From Bradymonadia bacterium (GTDB lineage Bacteria; Myxococcota_A; Bradymonadia; UBA7976; UBA1532), in NCBI GenBank assembly GCA_046290225.1, contig JBKAGE010000082.1, forward strand, positions 32,001 to 96,000: DNA of 64,000 bases, in the 5' to 3' direction. Below are positions 1 through 8,246 of the stretch, in pieces. Each line of letters starts with the position of its first letter. Within the stretch, counting starts at the first letter, position 1. Both the position numbers and the translations under genes were made by a program. Under the pieces are notes generated by a model. That model was not told the DNA's origin and made no database searches. It saw only the letters and a program-made list of their open reading frames with translations.

Positions 1-1089
1 ACCAACCTCGGCCACCTGCCCGTGCCGATTCGTCAGGCCCTCCTGGCGACGCCCGAGCTTCAGCAGCAGATGGTCCGCGGCTTCTCCCAGCTCGAGTGGT
101 CCGACTCCCACGCCGAGGAGAAGTCCCAGACTCGCCAGTTCGACCCCGCCTCCGAGGCCAACGTCGCTCGCTGGGCCAAGGCCTACGGCCTCGGCGCTGA
201 CGCCACCCAGGCCTACCTCGAGTCCGACGAGGAGCTGTTCAACGCTTTCCGCGGCCTGGACATCCCCCTCGCTGGCCTGACCCCCATGGATGTGCTCCAG
301 GCTGTGGAGCGCGCCACGGTGTCGAACCGGTTCGTGCCGCCCCGCATCTGGATGGACGTCGCCGACCGCGCCGACAGCAACATGGTGTACGTGGGTACTG
401 TTCTCAACTGTGAGCTGCTCAGCGCTGCTGACGGCTCCGACATCGACGCCTGCGCCGGTGGCGGTGGCGGTGTCGAGGAGTTCGCTGAGGGCGCCGCTGA
501 CACCAGCACCTACGCCCACTACGCCATCACCAACGGTGGCCAGCGTACCCACCGTCGCTTCGACGGCACCCCTGGCCCCAAGAACATGGGCTACAACACC
601 ACCTTCACCGTGGGCTTCACCGCTGCTGACGTGGAAGACATCGTCTTCATGGTGCACACCCCCGAGATGTGGGCCGACAACGACACTGTTGGCATGTCCA
701 TGTACGAGTACGACACCTACTGCACCGAGAAGAACCCCGAGGGCAGCTGCGCGCCCAACACCGGCATCTTCCTCGATCCCATGGCTCTCCTCGAGTTCGG
801 CGCCGGCGCCATCGAGGACCAGCGCCTGACCTTCGAGCTCTTCGGCGACAACGGTGTCTGCCAGCCTGCTGGTGAGGACATCATGGATTGCCCCACCGTC
901 ACCGTGAAGGAAGACGGCAGCCTCGAGTACGGCGACACCATCCTCACCCGCAACGCGCACGGCCTCTTCGCCGTCACCATGCTCGACGTCAAGGCCCGGG
1001 ACGAGGGCGTGGAGTTCGAGCTGTGCACCGAGTGCGCCAACGGCGGCGCTCACTTCGACGGCTGGCGCCTCAAGATCCGCAACGACTGA
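1..1089 (+). CDS. 5'-truncated paralog of the 1555..4200 lipoprotein (C-terminal ~360 aa only)
   Basis: Frame is open from base 1 (TNLGHLPVPIRQ...). It aligns with the C-terminal part of 1555..4200, including identical NRFVPPRIWMDVADRAD, HYAIT.GGQRTHRRFDG and ...HFDGWRLKIRND*. Confidence 0.9.
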   Translation, partial: TNLGHLPVPIRQALLATPELQQQMVRGFSQLEWSDSHAEEKSQTRQFDPASEANVARWAKAYGLGADATQAYLESDEELFNAFRGLDIPLAGLTPMDVLQAVERATVSNRFVPPRIWMDVADRADSNMVYVGTVLNCELLSAADGSDIDACAGGGGGVEEFAEGAADTSTYAHYAITNGGQRTHRRFDGTPGPKNMGYNTTFTVGFTAADVEDIVFMVHTPEMWADNDTVGMSMYEYDTYCTEKNPEGSCAPNTGIFLDPMALLEFGAGAIEDQRLTFELFGDNGVCQPAGEDIMDCPTVTVKEDGSLEYGDTILTRNAHGLFAVTMLDVKARDEGVEFELCTECANGGAHFDGWRLKIRND

Positions 1090-1262
1090 GGCTCCGCTGC
1101 TCCGGCGGCGTCAGCCGCCGTGAGCGCGGCGATCTTGCGCACAGCTACGACCTTTCCTTCCTCGACGCAGCTCTGCTGCGCCTGCGGGTGAAAGCCCGCA
1201 TCTGCACACAAGCTCCCCACCCTCACGACGACTGCCGCCACCTCCGCATCTCCGCGGGGCTC
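1090..1262. ncRNA. Candidate structured RNA/DNA element, copy 1, immediately after the stop codon
   Basis: Shares motif blocks with 4201..4373; at least three helices differ in sequence between copies but still pair. Confidence 0.6.
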
Positions 1263-1478
1263 GTGCGCGACGCTTCTATGGCTTCGTCTCTAGGGTTGTA
1301 TGAGAGAGACAGGCTCTGAGTTTTCGATCGGATACTCTACTTGCCACTTGGGGTGGGGTAGCTTGCTCGATCTGGCAGTTCGATCAGCCACCCATAGAGG
1401 GCTACGGATGTGGGCGACATCTGATAACGCCATAATTTCCGTCCACTTACTGTCAGTCTTCTGTGCTGGGGTTCCCAT

Positions 1479-1494
1479 TGGCATGCGAATCGCT
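1479..1494 (+). promoter_or_regulatory. Putative sigma54 (-24/-12) promoter
   Basis: TGGCATGCGAATCGCT fits GG-N10-GC, about 60 nt upstream of the 1555 ATG. Confidence 0.55.
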
Positions 1495-1554
1495 TAATAG
1501 GTAAGCATTCCAAATTGGCACCCAACATCTACTCCAAATGAGGGGAGTGGCAGC

Positions 1555-4200
1555 ATGAAGATTCGGACTTTCGGTCGCGTTATCAGCCTGGGCCTCGGCC
1601 TGACGAGCCTCGCAGCATGCGGTGGCACCGAGACCACTGACACCAACACCGGCGCTGAGGGTGGCGAGACTCCTGTTGCCGAGAGTGGCCGGACCGACGC
1701 CTGCCCCACTGGCAAGTGCGACAGCCCCAACGCTTCGGAGACCTTCGAGCACAAGTGGGCCGTTGACATGAAGAAGGTCAACGAGCACTACGGCGCCACG
1801 ACCAAGTACTTCTTCGGTATGACCCCTCAGGAGTCTGGTGTTGATCCCAACCTGATCATCCCCGGCCTCACCCAGGCGATCGCTGCTCAGATGATGGCCG
1901 CCGGCATGCCTCAGGACGCCGCTGTCCAGGCCGCCACCCAGCAGGCCACCGCCATGGCCAACCAGCCCGTCTGGGACCAGATGGCTCTGCGCAACTCCGA
2001 CCACAGCCTCCATGTGGATGCTGACGGCGAGAACGGCGTGGCCGAGAACGTTCAGCTGATCCTCGAGGACGGCACGCGGATCGACCCCCCCGGGTACGTG
2101 AACATCATCCCGATGTACCGGGACACCGACCCCACCAAGCAGAACCAGATCCGCAAGTACATGAAGAACGGCGACGTCATCGTGTACTTCCACCCCGAGT
2201 TCACCTCCATCAAGGATCACATGGAGCGTCGCGCGAGCCACATCGCGATGCACTACGACATCACTGATCCTGTGACTGGTCAGGAGATGGTGCACCACAT
2301 CGACAACCCGAATGGGTATGGCCCGATGTACAACCACCGTCCCACCAAGCACATGCCCTTCCACATCTACCGCTTCCAGCCCCGCGCCGATAAGACCTTC
2401 GGCCTGGCCCCTGCGAGCGATGCTGTGGCCGCCGAGGCCGAGGGCGTGCAGTTCACCCGCGCTCAGGAGGACGGTGTCCTCAAGCTCGTGAACCCCGAGC
2501 TCGCCGACGACGCCGCCGTGCAGGCCTTCCACACCTTCCTGGATGTGGAGCTGGCCCTCGACGTGCGCGCCGCCAACAACATCGTCACCTACCTCGCCAA
2601 CTCCGGCCGCATCGATTCCCTCGCGGACCTCGCCCGGATCCCTTACGTGGGCCCCTCGGCGCTGACCCGCATGCGTGACGCTGTCGACGGTGAGGAGAAC
2701 GGCTTCACCATCGATCCTTCGATGGCGAGCCTGTACAGCCAGCACGCTGCTGACTGGGCCTTCATCACGAACGATCTCAGCCCCTTTGCTGACTTCTTCA
2801 CGCTGACTCTCCAGAACAAGAGCCAGCTTGATGACTTCGCGGTGCCGGCCATCAACGGCGAGAACATGCCCCGCCTGTACTGCTCGGGTCTGGCCTACGC
2901 CAACCTCAACCTGGCCCTCAACCGCCCGCTCAACAGCATCGGCCTCGGCGCCGAGCAGTGGGAGACCTTCAAGAGCTCCAACTACTACCTGAGCGACATC
3001 AACAAGCGCTTCGACGCCGAGTGGGTCTCCGACAAGAACAACCTGCCTGGCATCGACCGCCTGGTGTTCGAGAGCTACGCCGCCACCGACATCGTCAACA
3101 ACTGGCTCGAGACCAACCTCGGTCACCTGCCCGTGCCTGTGCGCCAGGGTCTCCTGCAGACCCCCCAGCTGCAGCAGCAGATGGTCCGCGGCTTCTCACA
3201 GCTTGAGTGGTCTGATTCCCACGCCACCGAGAAGTCCCAGACCCGTCAGTTCGACCCCGCTTCCGAGAACAACGTGAAGCGCTGGGCTGCAGCTTACGGC
3301 CGTGGCGCCAACGAGACGCAGGCGTTCCTCGAGGCTGACGAAGAGCTGTTCAACGCTTTCCGCGCCCTGAACATCCCCATGGACGGCCTGACCCCCATGG
3401 ACGTGCTCCAGGCTGTGGAGCGCGAGACCGTCTCCAACCGGTTCGTGCCGCCCCGCATCTGGATGGACGTCGCCGACCGCGCCGACGGCAACATGGTGTA
3501 CGTGGGTACCGTTCTCAACTGTGAGCTGCTCAGCGCTGCTGACGGTTCCACCATCGACGCCTGCGCCGGTGGCGGTGGCGGTGTCGAGGAGTTCGCTGAG
3601 GGCGCCGCTGACACCAGCACCTACGCCCACTACGCCATCACCGATGGCGGCCAGCGTACCCACCGTCGCTTCGACGGCACCCCTGGCCCCAAGAACATGG
3701 GCAACAACACGGCCTTCACCGTGGGCTTCACCGCCTCGAACGCTCAGGACGTGGCCTTCATCGTGCACACCCCCGAGACCTGGGCGGGCAACGACACTGT
3801 CGACATGTCCATGTACGAGTACGACACCTACTGCACCGAGAAGAACCCCGAGGGCACCTGCGCCCCCAGCACCGGCATCTACCTCGACCCCATGGCCCTC
3901 CTCGACGCCGACACCAAGGCCATCGAGGACCAGCGCCTGACCTTCGAGCTCTTCGGTGACAACGGCGTCTGTCAGCCCGTCGGCGAGGACACCATGGAGT
4001 GCCCCACCGCCACCATGAACGAGGACGGCTCCCTCGAGTTCGACACCGCCATCATCAGCCGCAACGCCCATGGCCTCTTCGCCCTCACCATGGTCGACAT
4101 GAAGAACTCCGCCGAGCCCGCCAACTTCGAGCTGTGCACCGAGTGCGCCAACGGCGGTGCTCACTTCGACGGCTGGCGCCTCAAGATCCGCAACGACTGA
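1555..4200 (+). CDS. Large lipoprotein: permuted papain-like NlpC/P60 (YiiX/YebB-type) motifs with an inserted helix-hairpin-helix domain and a Cys-containing C-terminal region
   Basis: Lipobox LAAC, GKCD motif, KNGDVIVYF...SHIAMHY (His) preceding RLYCSGLAY (Cys), HhH-like DSLADLARIPYVGPSAL; RBS GAGGGGAG. Confidence 0.8.
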   Translation: MKIRTFGRVISLGLGLTSLAACGGTETTDTNTGAEGGETPVAESGRTDACPTGKCDSPNASETFEHKWAVDMKKVNEHYGATTKYFFGMTPQESGVDPNLIIPGLTQAIAAQMMAAGMPQDAAVQAATQQATAMANQPVWDQMALRNSDHSLHVDADGENGVAENVQLILEDGTRIDPPGYVNIIPMYRDTDPTKQNQIRKYMKNGDVIVYFHPEFTSIKDHMERRASHIAMHYDITDPVTGQEMVHHIDNPNGYGPMYNHRPTKHMPFHIYRFQPRADKTFGLAPASDAVAAEAEGVQFTRAQEDGVLKLVNPELADDAAVQAFHTFLDVELALDVRAANNIVTYLANSGRIDSLADLARIPYVGPSALTRMRDAVDGEENGFTIDPSMASLYSQHAADWAFITNDLSPFADFFTLTLQNKSQLDDFAVPAINGENMPRLYCSGLAYANLNLALNRPLNSIGLGAEQWETFKSSNYYLSDINKRFDAEWVSDKNNLPGIDRLVFESYAATDIVNNWLETNLGHLPVPVRQGLLQTPQLQQQMVRGFSQLEWSDSHATEKSQTRQFDPASENNVKRWAAAYGRGANETQAFLEADEELFNAFRALNIPMDGLTPMDVLQAVERETVSNRFVPPRIWMDVADRADGNMVYVGTVLNCELLSAADGSTIDACAGGGGGVEEFAEGAADTSTYAHYAITDGGQRTHRRFDGTPGPKNMGNNTAFTVGFTASNAQDVAFIVHTPETWAGNDTVDMSMYEYDTYCTEKNPEGTCAPSTGIYLDPMALLDADTKAIEDQRLTFELFGDNGVCQPVGEDTMECPTATMNEDGSLEFDTAIISRNAHGLFALTMVDMKNSAEPANFELCTECANGGAHFDGWRLKIRND

Positions 4201-4373
4201 GGCTCCGCTGCTCCGGCTCTGTGGCCCGCCACCTGAGTGGCGATTTGGCGCACGGAGCCGGCGCTTCCCTCCTCGACGATGCTTCCAGCATCGCCTGCGG
4301 GTGAATCACCACCCCCGCACACCAACTCCCCCCTCAGTTGACGACCCCCAGAGCCTCCGCACCTCCGCGGGGC
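4201..4373. ncRNA. Candidate structured RNA/DNA element, copy 2, immediately after the stop codon
   Basis: Homologous to 1090..1262 with covarying stems. Confidence 0.6.
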
Positions 4374-4625
4374 ACGGGTCTGCACTTGTTCTGATTTGAG
4401 GTTGTCTCACTCGCACTGATGGCATGGCTCCTCAGGTGTCTGTAACCGGGCAGCAGAGCCTGGCTGCAGACCACCCATGAGGCCGTCGACCCAAACACCT
4501 TCATTCCATTCCTCGCCAAAATATGTAGTCATAGGTGGTCTGTGAACACAGTCCACCGGTTTGGGTAGGCTTCAAGCCCACCCCCACACGATGTCTTTTG
4601 TCCAGACACGTGCAGTGAGGAAGCC

Positions 4626-7600
4626 ATGAACGTGAAGAAGATGATGCTCTCTGGCGCTTTGGGGGCAGGCGCCTTGCTCTGTGCTGCGGGTGCCTACGCC
4701 ACCAGCAACCACCACATGTGTGCCATCAGCGATGCTGGCGCTGTCGTATGTTGGGGCAACAACAGCAACGGGCAGCTCGGTCAGGGCCACACCAACCACA
4801 TAGGTGACGTCGCTGGCGAGACCAGCCTGCTCCAGCCGATCGATCTCGGCACTGGGCGCACTGCGCTGCAAGTTGTTCAGGCCAGCGCCCACACCTGCGC
4901 GTTGCTCGACGATGGCTCCGTGAAATGCTGGGGCAGCAACAGCGGTGGGCGCCTGGGCATTGGCACCTCGGTGGGCCCTGTCGGGGATGCTGCGGGCGAA
5001 ATGGGTGACAATCTGCCCACCGTGAACCTCGGCACCGGCCGCACGGCCACCTTCCTCACCGTGGGGAGCGCCCACACCTGCGCGGTCCTCGACAATGGGC
5101 GCGTGAAGTGTTGGGGCTCGAGCAGCCGCGGGCAGCTCGGATACGAGATCACCTCGGGTCGCGGCAGCGTGCCTGAGCACATGGGCGACAACCTGCCCTA
5201 TGTCGACCTTGGCACCAACGCACAGGGACAGCCACACACCGCCACCCGCCTCGGCAGCGGTGATGAGCACACCTGCGCAGTCCTCGAAGATGGTCAGGTG
5301 AAGTGTTGGGGCTACAACAGCACCGGCCAACTCGGCCACGGCGACACCACTCAGCGTGGAGATCACGCCAACGAGATGGGCGACAACCTGCCATACACCG
5401 ATCTCGGTAATGGCGTGGTGGCGGTCGCACTCACCGCAGGGCAGCGCCACAGCTGCGCATTGCTCGACGACGGCGGGGTGAAGTGCTGGGGCTACAACAG
5501 CAATGGTGAGCTCGGGCAGGAAGACAACGTTCAACGCGGTGATGGCCCCAACGAGATGGGGGACAACTTGTCACCCATCGACCTCGGCACAGGGGTCACC
5601 GCTGTTCGGGTGGTCAGCGGTGATCATCACAACTGCGCCCTGACGAACACGGGCGGCACCAAGTGTTGGGGTTGGGGCCACTATGGCCAGACCGGCACTG
5701 GCACCTGGGGCACAGGCGACGGCGTCAACGAGATGGGAGACAACCTGTCCTACATCTCTCTGGGTGGTGGCAGCCTCCAGAGCATCGGCTCTGGCCTGCA
5801 CACCACCTGTGTGATCTTCACCGGTGGCGGCCTCAAGTGCTGGGGTTACAGCACATCGGGTGTGCTGGGCATCGGCGCGGCCAACGGTGATCATCGCGGT
5901 GACGGGATCAACGAGCTGGGTGCCAACCTGCCCTTCGTGTCGCTGCAGAACTTCACCCCCATGGTCATGGGCAACGACAACTTCGGGGTGGAGCTGTGTC
6001 CTGACGACGACGGTGACGGCATCTGCAACGACGCCGACAACTGCATCGCCGGCGCTGATGGTGATCTCGACAACGTATGTGACAACGTGGACAACTGCCC
6101 CACGGTGTCGAACCCGAACCAGACCGACGACAATGGTGATGGCTATGGCGACGCCTGTGTCAGCCCCCTCGCCGCTGCCTGCATCGACCCTACGGCTGTA
6201 CTCGGCGCCAACATCATCATCGGACCCAACGCCTGCATCGGCAGCTACGCCCGCATCGGCGACGATGCCACCATCATGGGCACAGTGGGCAACAGCGCCA
6301 ACATCGGCTCTGGGGTCACCATTGGCGAGGGTGCCACGGTGGGCAACGCCGTCGTGCTTGGTGACAACGTCGGCGTCGGCGCCGACGCCACTGTCGAGGT
6401 GCTCGCTCAGCTGGGCGCCAGCGTCAGCGTAGGCGAGCGTGGCTTCGTGGGCACTCAAGCCGTTGTGGGTGACAACAGCCAGCTCGCTGCGGACACCAGC
6501 GTGGGCCTGCTGGCGCGCCTCGGTGCAGGCAGCAATCTCGCCGCGGGCACCAGCGTCGGCAACAACTCCATCGTGGGCGCCAACGCCTCGCTGACCTCGG
6601 GCAGCAGCGTCGGCCCCAACGCCAGTATCGGTGATGATCTGCAGCTGGGCACCAACGCCATCATCGAAGACAACACGGTCATCGGTGACAACGCCGCCAT
6701 CGCCGAGAGCGGCATCGTGCGGAGCTACGTCACCATCGGCCACAACCTCGTCATGGGTACAGGCACCGAGCTGGCCTCCGGCGCCGCAGTCGGTGACAGC
6801 GCAGTGCTCGGCGCCAGCGTCGAGGTTCGGGGCAGCGTCGGTGCCCGCGCGCAGCTCGACGACAACGCCTTCGTGGGCAACCAGAGCGACGTGGGTGACG
6901 ACTGTCACCTGCACACCAACGTGACCTTGGGCCTCTTCGTCTCTCTCGGTGCCAACTGCGAGATCGGCGACGACAGCGCCATCTATGATGGGGTGCAAAT
7001 CGCCAGCGACGCCACCATCGGCGCCCGAGCCACGATCTTGTTCCGCACTGTTTTGGGGCAGCGCGCCACCATCGGCGACGACACCATCGTCGACGAGGCC
7101 ATCACCGCGGGCGATGACTTCACCGTGGGCACCAACAGCCGTCTGTGGCCCCGCTCGACGTACGGCAACAGCGTCAACATCGGCAACAACGTGCTGATTC
7201 GCGACACCGCGGACATCGGCGATGACGTCACCATCGAAGATGATGTGTTGATGTATCCCGAGACCACCATCGGGAGCGAGACCACCATCCGTCAGGGTGT
7301 GGAGCTCGGCGTAGAGGACTGCGCCAACCGCGTGTGCGGCCAGGTCACCATCGGCGGTTGCCAGGACGTCAACGCCGACATGGGCGCTGAAGCTCTGCTC
7401 GACGGCAGCTGCATCAACGGCCTCACCCCCGAGGGTGCAGCGCTCAACTGTCTGGAGGCGCTCAACTCTGGCGCAGATCAGGACGGCACCTACTGGCTCG
7501 ACCCCGACGGTGCAGGTGGCCTCGACGCGTTCCAGGCTTACTGCGACATGAGCACTGACGGTGGCGGCTGGACTCTGCTGGCGCTGAACAACCAGCCGAC

Positions 7601-8060
7601 GACGTTCACGAACTTCAACAAGACGTGGGCACAGTTCCGTGATGGCTTCGGCGACTACGCCACAGGTGGCCTCGGCTGGATCGGGAACGCACGGATTCAC
7701 GCGCTGACGAGTCAGGGGGTGACGACGCTGGAGGTGCGCAACGGAGGAAGTGTGCACGAGTACACGGACTTCAACGTGGGCGACGAGGCCTCAGAGTACC
7801 TCATGACCATCGGCAACAGCCCCAACAGCAACGATGGTGGCCGTCTGCTCAGTTACCACTCTGGCATGCGCTTCAGCACCTTCGACAACGACAATGATCT
7901 CTGGAGCAACAACTGCGCCTCTTACTACAGCAGCGGCTGGTGGTTCCGCAGCTGCTACTACATGAGCTTCGCTGGCTCCAACAACAGCCGCACCTACTGG
8001 CGCGTCGGCAACTCAAGCCTCGAGTACGTCAACGACAGCCTCGCCATGTGGATCCGCTGA
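4626..8060 (+). CDS. Secreted multidomain protein: RCC1-like repeats, thrombospondin type-3 repeats, left-handed beta-helix (hexapeptide) repeats and a fibrinogen C-terminal-like domain
   Basis: Signal peptide; repeated HTCALLDDGxVKCWGxNxxGQLG; DNCPxxxNPxQxDxxGDGxGDAC; [IVL]G hexapeptide run; YCDMSTDGGGWT, FSTFDNDND, GWWFRSC. Confidence 0.9.
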   Translation: MNVKKMMLSGALGAGALLCAAGAYATSNHHMCAISDAGAVVCWGNNSNGQLGQGHTNHIGDVAGETSLLQPIDLGTGRTALQVVQASAHTCALLDDGSVKCWGSNSGGRLGIGTSVGPVGDAAGEMGDNLPTVNLGTGRTATFLTVGSAHTCAVLDNGRVKCWGSSSRGQLGYEITSGRGSVPEHMGDNLPYVDLGTNAQGQPHTATRLGSGDEHTCAVLEDGQVKCWGYNSTGQLGHGDTTQRGDHANEMGDNLPYTDLGNGVVAVALTAGQRHSCALLDDGGVKCWGYNSNGELGQEDNVQRGDGPNEMGDNLSPIDLGTGVTAVRVVSGDHHNCALTNTGGTKCWGWGHYGQTGTGTWGTGDGVNEMGDNLSYISLGGGSLQSIGSGLHTTCVIFTGGGLKCWGYSTSGVLGIGAANGDHRGDGINELGANLPFVSLQNFTPMVMGNDNFGVELCPDDDGDGICNDADNCIAGADGDLDNVCDNVDNCPTVSNPNQTDDNGDGYGDACVSPLAAACIDPTAVLGANIIIGPNACIGSYARIGDDATIMGTVGNSANIGSGVTIGEGATVGNAVVLGDNVGVGADATVEVLAQLGASVSVGERGFVGTQAVVGDNSQLAADTSVGLLARLGAGSNLAAGTSVGNNSIVGANASLTSGSSVGPNASIGDDLQLGTNAIIEDNTVIGDNAAIAESGIVRSYVTIGHNLVMGTGTELASGAAVGDSAVLGASVEVRGSVGARAQLDDNAFVGNQSDVGDDCHLHTNVTLGLFVSLGANCEIGDDSAIYDGVQIASDATIGARATILFRTVLGQRATIGDDTIVDEAITAGDDFTVGTNSRLWPRSTYGNSVNIGNNVLIRDTADIGDDVTIEDDVLMYPETTIGSETTIRQGVELGVEDCANRVCGQVTIGGCQDVNADMGAEALLDGSCINGLTPEGAALNCLEALNSGADQDGTYWLDPDGAGGLDAFQAYCDMSTDGGGWTLLALNNQPTTFTNFNKTWAQFRDGFGDYATGGLGWIGNARIHALTSQGVTTLEVRNGGSVHEYTDFNVGDEASEYLMTIGNSPNSNDGGRLLSYHSGMRFSTFDNDNDLWSNNCASYYSSGWWFRSCYYMSFAGSNNSRTYWRVGNSSLEYVNDSLAMWIR

Positions 8061-8101
8061 GCGCAAGTGCCGTCGTGACCTCATAACACTGCTGCACACC
8101 C

Positions 8102-8122
8102 GATCTGCCCAGCAGGCAGATC
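8102..8122 (+). terminator. GC-rich hairpin after the gene (possible terminator, no U-tract)
   Basis: GATCTGCC-N5-GGCAGATC perfect 8-bp stem. Confidence 0.4.
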
Positions 8123-8246
8123 ACCACTGCCTCCACCGCTTAATTCAACAACCGACCCGTCTCCATCTGAATTTTGTGTGGTTCACAGTGTGGGCAAGGG
8201 CGTACAATGTTGCGCATTGCACACACTGTCTGCCGATGGAGGCATG

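Noticed and set aside
888..1319. Alternative-frame peptide similarity (LRLRCSG..GDLAH) downstream of both lipoprotein paralogs
   Set aside because: The frame is broken by an indel and stop in copy 2; conservation is better explained by nucleotide structure.
1453..4164. Long antisense ORFs (1453..3126, 3196..4164, and similar ones opposite most genes, e.g. 5571..7757, 19033..20604, 56730..58301)
   Set aside because: Shadow ORFs expected from high-GC codon bias; V/G/D/H-rich with no motifs, lying opposite well-supported genes.
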